Shown here: positions 53,935 to 64,000 of the stretch, piece after piece
How the letters are laid out: each line of letters opens with the position of its first letter
How positions within the stretch are numbered: position 1 is the stretch's first letter
Source of the DNA: Octopus sinensis
Taxonomy: Eukaryota
DNA: 64,000 nt
NCBI RefSeq assembly: GCF_006345805.1
Contig: NC_042999.1
Span: 86,118,001-86,182,000, forward strand
Direction of reading: 5' to 3'
Notes under the pieces: model-generated
Seen by the model: only the letters and a program-made list of their open reading frames with translations
Told to the model about the DNA's origin: nothing
Database searches by the model: none
Translations under genes and position numbers: made by a program

Positions 53935-55224
53935 TGTGGTGATGATGATGATGATAATGACGATGATGATGATCATCATCCAGAAGTACAAATATGTCTG
54001 AGAAAATATGTAGGTAAAATTATTCACAATTTCCGTATAAAGAATAAAAGTTTACATAAAGAAAGAAAAAACAAGAAAACAAATTACGAGAAATATAAAG
54101 TCAACTTAATGGATACTTTTGAAAAGATTACGTCTAGCGTATAGAGATAATGAGCATGTTGTTCATTATCTTCGGAATGGAAATAATATTCTCATTGTTG
54201 ACTTCATTGTTTATTGGATACACAACCAAAAAACTGCTTGAAATATATAGAGCTGAATACTTAAAAACTGTTGTTCATGATTAAATATTCATTCTAACAC
54301 AGAATATTATAATGACCATTAAAACACTAACATTACTGGAAGAATTTATTACACTTAATCAAGAAATATTCCGTTAATAAATGCAATAAGCGAAAATTTA
54401 TTTACTTAAATCTGTACACAACATGAAAGTTAACCATATTACAACAGAAACAACGTAATTTTTATTGGCTTCGGTAACATTTGATAAAACAATCTAAGCC
54501 TACTATTTCTTACGTATCCAAATTTTAACAACGGTAAAGGTCTAAATATAGAAATATTGGGTATAGAAGAAGAGCAAAAATAATCTTTAAAATTAATGTT
54601 GCAAGCTGTAAACGTTTCTCACAAAAATTACGTAAGTAATGTGTTTTCATAGATGCATATTAAGATCTCTCTTGTTACAAATTCTAGAGAGCATTAAGAT
54701 GTTCTGTTTTTCTACCAGAAGGACGGAACATCTTATGTTTCCATTTTAGTGTTTATATCGTCGGTGCTTTCCTTTACTGATCATCTATACAATGCTTTTA
54801 ATCCACAAGATTTCTTTCGAGTCGGATGAGATGGGCGTAATATACACGTCAGCTTCTGCATAAGTTCTATGTAATGTAATCGTCATGCTATCTTGTTTTA
54901 ATCATAGATACTATTATATGATAACAGTCACCATTGCCATGGAATTACAATGCGAGATTATTTGCTTGTAGTTGTGCTATTTATAATTGTTAGAATGCAA
55001 TGGTAAAGTTTTATTAAATATTGATCTTATCAATACTATTTCACCCGTTTTACCATTCAGATACTTTTAAGTAGATTGAAAACCATTCAGTAATTTTTTA
55101 CTATGAGAAATATAAACAATTTACTCGCTTATGGTTCCTAAAACCATATGTATATGTTTATAATTTCCATTCATATTTATTACGACAAATTAATTGGAAA
55201 ATATATTTTATAAGTCTATATATA

Positions 55225-56032
55225 CAGTCAACTCTCGCTACTATGCCAGTTTTGCGCGGCCAAATAATAAACAAAAAATTTTTACTCTGCCGCCCTCCAC
55301 TCTCGCTACTATGCCACTTGTAAACTGAAGCGCACGCAACTTTTCGAAATTTTGTACTCCTACATTTTGTACATTTCGTATTTGTAATCTTGTGGAAAAG
55401 TTCAGAAAGTAGCACACAATGTCAGCTCAGAAAGGCAAGCGGACTGAGTTAATGCTGAAGGAAAAGAAGGAGATTATCGATGCTGCGAAAAACGTTATTG
55501 TCGGGCCCCTCGTATCATTAGTAATATCTGATACAAGTTACCGCCCCTTGTATTGTCCGACATGTTTCACTCTAGAAGAAATAGCAAAGGAGGTAATGCA
55601 TAACGAAGAGCCGGTGGAAAGTGAAGACGACGAGGTAATTGTGGAAGAGGAATACGTTTCGTTTGCAGATGCCCAGAGAGCATGGAGCACTATCCGAAAG
55701 TTTATGCAGCAGCAGAGCAGTGGAAAACCCAGCGTCATGCAGGCGTGTGATAGGCTAGACAACGAAATGAATGAAATCCGCCGAAAGAAGATGCGTCAGC
55801 CGACAATTTTTGAGAGCTTCGGGATTAACTAAAAGCAATCTGAACTTAATAAACTTGGATGTCTTCTTTTTACCATTGCATTGAACTTCTTATTGGCCTT
55901 ACTTCCTACCCTATGAATTTTTATTCGTATGTTCAGTAAATTTTTGGTTATGTAGTGTTTAGATAGCAGACCCTCGGTACTATGCCACTTTGGCTCAGTC
56001 CCGCAGGGTGGCATAGTAGAGGGAGTTGACTG
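55225..56032 (+). mobile_element. Internally deleted pogo/Tigger-like DNA transposon (808 bp)
   Basis: 24-bp TIRs CAGTCAACTCTCGCTACTATGCCA (22/24 match), TA on the left and AA on the right. Subterminal copies of the inner TIR motif at 55300 and 55973. Confidence 0.9.
55419..55832 (+). CDS. 137-aa in-frame fusion of pogo/Tigger transposase N- and C-termini (no DDE domain)
   Basis: Real ATG; KRTELMLKEKKEII resembles the start of the CENP-B/Tigger HTH. The acidic tract, VSFADAQRAWSTIRKF and RQPTIFESF resemble the Tigger C-terminus. Expression is unknown. Confidence 0.55.
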   Translation: MSAQKGKRTELMLKEKKEIIDAAKNVIVGPLVSLVISDTSYRPLYCPTCFTLEEIAKEVMHNEEPVESEDDEVIVEEEYVSFADAQRAWSTIRKFMQQQSSGKPSVMQACDRLDNEMNEIRRKKMRQPTIFESFGIN

Positions 56033-58829
56033 AAGATGCATTTATGGCAAGAGAATATGGAGTGATAGTACATTTGCTTAACCACACTTATATGATGTAG
56101 AATTTAGTATAAGAAACAGAATTTATTCACCATGTACAAAAAATCATGCTTTAAATAACCCCTTATACGATACAAAATTTATTTTTGCCATTGTTCAAAG
56201 ACATTTAAGACATAGAGCACTGTTTAGTTGAAATGAATTCGCTCACTATACTGTTTTTCTACACAATTCTTTCCCACAATTTTCTCATATAGGTGTAGAA
56301 GTATGAATATATAAGATAAACACGCGTATATATATACGCACATAATAAAATATCAGTTATGAAACTCTTATATAAAAAAAGAAGATAATTTAAAGGAGAG
56401 CGGAGTGTTAAAAAAATGAGAAAGAAATAGAGATAGAAAAAAGCCATTAAGTGACCAACAGCACCTGTCAGGGAAACGACTGAAATATTCTCCAACAATA
56501 ACCAATAAAATTGCCGTGCCAATACAAGACAGCAGTCACATTGGCAGGCCTATAAAATTTAGGTGCTTAGTACTTATAGTCTCGTCCAAACTAACACCTG
56601 TCCTCATTACTGAAGTATTTGGCACACATTCTCAGTCAGTTTATCTTGGCAAAGCGTTTAATAATGAAATAAAAAGATTCAGTTCGGTTGCTTGGAATGC
56701 AGACCTCCATTGCTTAGCCCACCATAATGTCATTTTTATTCAATGGGATAACGGAAAGTTTTGATGCTGTTAGAATTTTTCTTTACATTCTTATCTTTCT
56801 GAATAGAATGTTTTGTTCTCTCCGTTTAAGTTTATTTATCAGAAACATTAGGTAAGTTTCTTAGTGTGTATGTGTGCGCGCATGTGTTTATTTATACATA
56901 CATATAAACACATACACATGCATACTTAAATTCATACATACACACTTATTTATTATTTATATTTATTTAAGGCAACATTATATTAAACCTAAACGCAAAT
57001 ATAAAAGCTAAATTTGATCTTCAGCTTTGCTTTTCATTGAGAACATTCGATGTTTTGAAACAAAACACGACTTATTTGTTCAGTAGAAAGTGTGGCTTGT
57101 AATAGAGTAATGGTAGTTTTACATTGACTGTAGATAATAATACATCTCTGTCTACATCAGTATTACATATACTGACTTCTTTCTGAAGTACTGGGTTTCA
57201 AATTTATTGAAGTGGTGAGTCCTAAAATGAACTGAATATTTCGTCTTTGCATGCCCTGTCAACGGCAAGATCGTTTGGTAGATTCTATCCTCCCTGAAGC
57301 TCACCGAAAAAAATCATTAAAATTTTGGTGCTGTCAATTCTTACATTGGGAAAGTGTTCAAATTCTGCAGAAGCTACGATTTACTACAATGGAGACTGGG
57401 TCTTTCGACAATTGTATTGATGATACAATGCAGAGCTGATAGAACTGACCCGGTATGCTCTCGACAATTTTTAGAAGAAAGGGATGCGATCGAGATTCTT
57501 GTTTTTACCAAGAGCAGGAATTGGCTTTTGTTGAAATAGAAACCGCACCAGAGAATCGGTCTGATGGAAGCTGACTTTTTGCACTGTGGTGCTCATAATT
57601 TATTTTATGCATAAAGCTAACATTGAGAAACTGAAACTTTACACTTTCAAACGATGTAATAAGCCAAGATATTTGAAAAATTGAAATTTAACGTCTCGTT
57701 TATGCAGCAAAATCTAAAAAGTGTTACATCATAATGTTTATTTCATTTTGTGATTCTGTCTTTATAAATCGTCACTAGATTTTTAGACTGCCCAGGATCA
57801 TCTTTTTCTTAAGGCTAGTGTAAAAAAGAAAATATTATTGATTTCTTTAACATGTAAATACAATAATGAGTTGAATCCGCTCGTCTATTCTAATCATGTA
57901 GTGTATTCAGGTTGATTATTTGCATCCAGTATATATTTTCCAATTGTGTACAATTGTTACAATCAGCAGTAAAACTGTAGATTCTTAAATGAAATTTCAT
58001 TAATTGGCATTGTAGGCCATACTATTGACTCAAAGAGTAAATCACAGGAATCGATATTTGCCAGCAACAAATTGGGAAGATATTCAAATGCACTTTACTA
58101 GATTAACGCAACAAAAGCTGAGATAAATTTTGTAGATACATAATCTTGCCTAGTTCGAAATTTAAACAAAGGGCACGAATGTAAAACTTTCTTACAAATT
58201 GGAAGAGAAGTAAAACTTTTCACAACAGCATGATATTTTTAAATAATGATTTCCTTCAAACATGAAGATCAGATGTATTTATATAATATCCGGCTATTCT
58301 AGGGTCAATCCTAAAAATTCTTCTGCAATAGCGTTGAACGTGGTATGAAGTGAAGTTAACCACCCCAAATCAACTTCACATATTGTTTCAATATGTCTGT
58401 TCAAAATATCAGAAACATACTCAGAGATTTGACTGTCTATAAGAAATATTAACCAGAGATCTAGAATATTTCTTGAGTAAATGAAGTTCCACTTATCTCT
58501 CTTTATATTTAAAATCATCAACACAGTATATCTGTACTAAAAGAGTTCTTGAGAAAGTGCTCTCTTCTCAGATAAGAGTCGATAGCTATTTCTATTTAAA
58601 ACTTGAATTAGAAATACTGCACTTTGATATTTTCAATGTAAACGCCAATGGTACAAATACACTTACTGAGTTTACTGATTAACAAGGTTGGAGATTATTT
58701 CATTCATAATAAGAGTTAATATATGGCTACAATATTGTTCTTATACACACTAACTTTAGCTTCCTCCCTCTCTTTTCTCTATTGTATGTGAGACTATCTA
58801 AGAGTCAATGTATTTGTTTTTTTTACATT

Positions 58830-58861
<32 letters not shown>

Positions 58862-59290
58862 GGCGTAGGAGTGGCTGTGTGGTAAGTAACTTGTTTACCA
58901 ACCACATGGTTCCGGGTTCAGTCCCACTGTATGCGCCTTCGACAAGTGTCTTCTACTATAGCCTCGGGCCAACCAAAGCCTTGTGAGTGGATTTGGTAGA
59001 CGGAAACTGAAAGAAGCCCGTCGTATATATGTATATATATGTATATACATATGCGTGTGTATATGTTTGTGTGTCTTTGTTTGTGCCCCCAACATCACTT
59101 GACAACCGATGCTAGTGTGTTTACGTCACCGTAACTTAGCGGTTCGGCAAAAGAGACCGATAGAATAAAAGTACTAGGCTTACAAAGAATAAGTCCTGGG
59201 GTCGATTTGCTCGACTTAAGGCGGTGCTCCAGCATGGCCACAGTCAAATGACTGAAACAAGTAAAAGAGTAAAAGAGAGAGTAAAGAGTA
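58862..59290 (+). mobile_element. Full-length SINE family A
   Basis: ggcgtaggagtggctgtgtggtaag...ggccacagtcaaatgactgaaacaagtaaaagagt. Confidence 0.92.
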
Positions 59291-59373
59291 TATATAAGAA
59301 TTTTTTGCGTAATAAGATAAAAAAACCAAGGCTGTACAGATATTAGAGCATTTATAGATAGAAGTCTTACAGC

Positions 59374-59435
<62 letters not shown>

Positions 59436-60817
59436 AAACAGTTATGCGTTCAAACAGTTGCAGCACACAACGTCCCAGTATTTCACAACTCTAATTAAAC
59501 TACCCAAATAATGTTTTTCACTTTTTATATTCGATAAAAGAAACTGAAGTACTTCAGATAAATACTTTATATTTTTTCTGCAAAGTTACATGAGAAGAAA
59601 TACAATACAGTTGTTTTAATATAATTACAAAATTGATAAAACATCTCCCAGAAAACCGAAAAGATTTTAAACTTTTGTTTTACGAAATGTTGGGTGAGTA
59701 TTTGATAAAAATGATTGATAAACATCTTCCATTTGTAAATCTTGTGTTCATGACTACCTCAATCGGCAACTACTAAGAGCCAGTCAGTATTATATTTGTA
59801 TTTTCTCCATGTTTGTACAATTATTTTGGGAAGCAAAAATGTGCTGGCATTAGTAATTGACATGTAGAAAGTGAAGGTTTTTGCAATTGAATACTTTCTT
59901 TCTATGAGACTTTCGTTATTGTGTACTTGTGATCGGAGTTCTGCAACACTGAAACCAATAAGTTAGTATTCTGAACAATCATTTTTATGAGTTCTTTGAC
60001 CTATTTCTACTTTATATACAGACGTTGTTGGGATATTCTGGAAAATGACGACAAAGATGACGACAAAAATGACGACAAAGCTAAGTGGCAGTCAGGGGGA
60101 AATAAAGTGGGATCCTAATTTGAAGTAGATTGCACTAAATGAAAGTAATTACACACTGCACAACATTGGAGACAAATTAATATTGTGTTGGAAAAAATAT
60201 TTAATTGCAAAAATTAATAGGCAAGTAGATAGAGTCGAGGACACGGAAGAGAATGCGAGTATTTACTTATTTTGCTATGTGTCTCGATTATATCACTCTT
60301 TGCATAATGAATTACACACAAACACACACATGCACGCGCGTATGCATATGTGCATGAGTGTTTTTAGCTGACAAAAACGTTATTGAATAACCAGAAAAGA
60401 ATGCGAAATCAGCTATGGTTTTCTGATCAAAGGTGTTACGAAACGATGGATCCACAAATTTGATAGTAGAAGTTAAGCCCGATTGTATAACTTGCAACAA
60501 GAACCCTTCGTAACAATTTTGCAAACGTAGATAGTAGTTCTCCATAGCAAATACTTCTTATCTCTGAATTAAGCCAACCAACAACTGTGTTCCTTTATGC
60601 GCTCTTTTCTCTAAATGAAATATATAAGTGCATACTGTTTATAATAAGCATTCATTTTCTTCATGTTTGCTTATTACTATTACTATTGTTGCTTTGTTGA
60701 TGCGATTTGTTGATGCCACAAATAATAATAAAAACAATAAGGTAGATATTACACGAAATATTCTTAAAACCTCCAAGTTAACGCATGCATACAGGGAATT
60801 ACTGCGTCTGATATATA

Positions 60818-60864
<47 letters not shown>

Positions 60865-60951
60865 ATAAATCAATAAATGGTGGGGTTGTGTTGACTGCAC
60901 GTGGAGAAATGATAGAAGAGGAATATATAATTATTATAATTTTTCCTCTCC

Positions 60952-60999
<48 letters not shown>

Positions 61000-61009
61000 G
61001 TAGAGTTCA

Positions 61010-61337
61010 ATAGTGAGTTAGGGACCTTAGATCAGAAAAGGATCTGAGCTCTTTCAGCCAAATATAGCCTACATTTATTTGATCCATTGACATAAGGTAT
61101 GGATTTTTCAATTATTTTTCACTTAATAACATGTGGTGCTACGTTAGATTTTAAATTCCATACGTGGCTAGCCAACTTAGTAACTTTGCTTTTGTCCTTA
61201 TGTCGGAAGGAGGCTATGTGATTGGCATAACGATATTTAAATTCTCCTTCACATAATCCAATATAAGTATTCTTACCTGTTGTATTATCATCTAGAGTTG
61301 CAGTAACTTCTGCCTCGTATATGACAGATTTAATCAT
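61010..61337 (-). mobile_element. Penelope-like element GIY-YIG endonuclease fragment
   Basis: SVIYEAEV...TYIGLCEGEFKYRYANHIASFRHKDKSKVTKLASHVW, then after a stop KIIEKSIPYVNGSNKCRLYLAERAQIL. Confidence 0.85.
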
Positions 61338-61338
61338 A

Positions 61339-61691
61339 CATTGCCCAAGGTGTCACGCAGTGGGACTGAACCCGGAACCATGTGGTTGGTAAGCACGTTG
61401 CCCACAGTCACTCCTGCGCCTATATACAGACAAACATTCAAAATATCGTGACTTTCCTGTCGTAGATGACAGCAGGGATATCTTCATTTGCTACATTAGT
61501 TCTCTCCGTCTCATTAATAGTTTGTGCTGTAGATTAGTTCATTTCCTCTATCAAATCGACATTGCTGTGCCGCATGTAAGATGTCAAAGTAATTGCAGAG
61601 AAAAGTGAGATGAAGTGTTTTGCTCAAGAACACAACGCACCGAAACTACTACCTTGCGATCGTTAGTGCAACACTCTAATTACTAAGCCAC

Positions 61692-61755
<64 letters not shown>

Positions 61756-62033
61756 TCTTTGACCCCCTTCGGTCACGAATGACCATGGGATTGCACCTAG
61801 AAAGTTACCCTCCTAGACACAAGTCCGGGCAAGGTTGTTTATGGAAGACCAGCAGTCGCCCATGCATACCAGCCTCCCCTCTCCACGCCACCAGTGTTAT
61901 CCAAGGGTAAGACAAAGGTCGATACAGCTTGGCACCAGTGACGTCGCAACTCATTTCTACAGCTATATTGATAGATAGAGATAGAGATAGAGGAGTATGA
62001 GAGAGATAAATAATAGAAACGTGTATGTATTAT

Positions 62034-62081
<48 letters not shown>

Positions 62082-62301
62082 ATGTATATATATATATGTT
62101 TCATAAGTATAATGTATATGCATGTATACGTATGTATATTCATACGACGGGCTTTTTCAGTTTCCATCTACCAAATCCACTCACAAGGCTTTGGTTGGCC
62201 CGAGGCTATAGTAGTATACACTTGCGCAAGGTGCCACGCAGTGGGATTGAACCCGGTACCATGTGGTTGGGAAGCAAGTTTGTTACCACATAGCCACGCC
62301 T
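61339..62301 (-). mobile_element. Partial SINEs: family A head 61339-61421, C/D head ~61600-61692, D tail 61757-61965, family A 62142-62301
   Basis: Each matches the reverse complement of full copies elsewhere in the window. Confidence 0.8.
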
Positions 62302-63003
62302 ATCATTTCATCACGAAATATACTGTGATGATTTATCTCTGGTACCCTATTTGATTTTGACTAAATGAACTTAATCAAAAAAAAATCTGATTACATTACA
62401 CCAGACTGTATCTCCCTGTTTACTCACTGCATTATATTTTTTCTATCTACTCACACTATTATAGGACAACTTTAATATACAAGCAATTGAATAAATAAAT
62501 GGGAGTAAAATATGTATTTTGTTTGATGCACGACGATTTTGTTATCCATACATTATTTTAAAAACCAAACTCTAATCACCGAAAGAGATTCGTAGCTGTC
62601 AGCTGGAATTGCAATAGTTTATATTAAAAGTTTTCCAGCTTTAGCTTTGTTTAATCAATGATTAATGAAGAAGGTTGTTGCTCCTGTATTGTTTAGCCCC
62701 AGATCAGCCTTAATCGAGTAAACCTATGACCAAAGGTATTTCAGTCATGATCACCCCTCAGTATGCAGACATTACATATGTACGCCTAGAATATCCAATG
62801 ACTTTGTTTACTTCTTTTAATCGTTAGGTTGTGATTAGGAGTGGGCTGTAGGTCGTACGAAAGAAGGATCCCCGTTTGGTTGGGTCATCGATTCTTGATA
62901 TTTGATGTGTCCACTCATGAGATAAATATTTTTTCGCACAAGATCACATGTGTATAGGGAATTGAATACTGAGGATTAAATATATATAATATATCCGAGT
63001 ATA

Positions 63004-63235
63004 CAGGGTTGGCCAAAAGTCACCTGACAGTAAATCAAAACCATTTAATTCCAAGATTTATTTATGTTTAACTACTGAATGAATTTAATAAAATCATTAA
63101 ATGTGAAACATCATGAAAATGGTTCAAATTGAAGTCCTTCTTGAGCGACACATTTTTCCGGTCGAGTCAATACAGAATTACAGTTAGTATTTATGGAATT
63201 TTGATTTACTGTCGGGTGACTTTTGGCTAACCCTG
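63004..63235. mobile_element. Tc1/mariner MITE, 232 bp, with intact TA target duplication
   Basis: 37-bp TIRs CAGGGTTGGCCAAAAGTCACCTGACAGTAAATCAAAA (35/37 match); TA at 63002-63003 and 63236-63237. Confidence 0.93.
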
Positions 63236-64000
63236 TATTACTAGTTTTATATATAATATTACTGGTATATTACCAGTATTATTTTATCAAATACGGAGAA
63301 AATAGCTAAAACCAACCAAGTTAGAAACGTTATGGATGGAAAGTCAAACGAAAGTAAATACGGATGAGGATTTAGTTTGACCATCTATCACATCTATTTC
63401 TTGATTTTCATGCAATATAATAAATACAAATATATAATTTTTACCCATCACGTTTTAATGTATCATTTGAGACGAGTCAATGAAAGAGCCCTGCTGTGGT
63501 CATTCAACCTGTAAGTCAAATGAAGGACATTTTAGGTAATTCAATGATAGATACGCTGTCAGAATAAACGATAGGATGGTCACGGTTAGAGCGCGTTTGG
63601 TCATAGGTTAGTTTCTTTTATATATAGCTAAACAATAACATACCACTAGAAAATCTAATGCTTGTCTATAAACAGAAAAAGTTTCATAACTGAAAAAAAA
63701 CCTCCTTTAGTGTTAATACATGAATATAACATTTTAATATTTAATTATAACTAACTAAAGTTATAATTCTCTAATATACGGTTTATCTTGCTTATACATT
63801 TTCCCTCGATTACTCACCAGGTATGTGAGCTTCCTATAACACTAGCTCTCTCATATCATCTCATATTTCACTGATAAAACAAATATGATTTCTCACGTTA
63901 GCATACGGCCACCAAATTGTAGAGTGGAGTATAGCCGAAAGACTAACATAAATTAAATAAACTAATATTTATAAGTATTCTAAGTTTGTATTCAAGAAAT

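Noticed and set aside
60043-60081. Three 12-bp units of about aaatgacgacaa
   Set aside because: Short minisatellite with no further structure.
60312-60545. 77-aa minus-strand ORF with a real ATG
   Set aside because: No signal peptide, no usable donor, and it ends in a CA repeat.
63811-63860. Strong donor TG|gtgagt near the window end
   Set aside because: The required frame hits TGA 13 codons upstream with no ATG or acceptor, so it is not a coding Wnt5 exon. A UTR exon cannot be excluded.

Overview
AT-rich, microsatellite-dense animal genomic DNA. The SINE, LINE and microsatellite mix looks like a coleoid cephalopod, probably Octopus (inferred from repeat types, not from a database search). 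The only host coding sequence I can support is one 251-nt internal exon of a Wnt5-type gene on the minus strand (12754-13004) with canonical splice sites, so the rest of the window is probably intron. That space holds decayed RLE-clade (R4/Dong-like) LINE fragments, several tRNA-derived SINE families, mariner, pogo, Helitron and Penelope relics, and simple repeats. Nearly all ORF-track entries are microsatellite translations. I cannot demonstrate a new biological system. The best leads are: (1) a 108-bp near-perfect hairpin that decomposes exactly as a template-switch event inside a SINE; (2) a Penelope-type hammerhead-like motif on the Wnt5 sense strand; (3) a pogo deletion derivative that keeps an intact 137-aa ORF; (4) microsatellite-associated retroelements, including a (CATA)n-flanked RLE LINE and an unclassified ~560-bp non-coding element; (5) every recognisable RLE LINE lies antisense to Wnt5. 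Boundaries of decayed repeats are approximate (tens of bp). SINE family labels A-D are my own.
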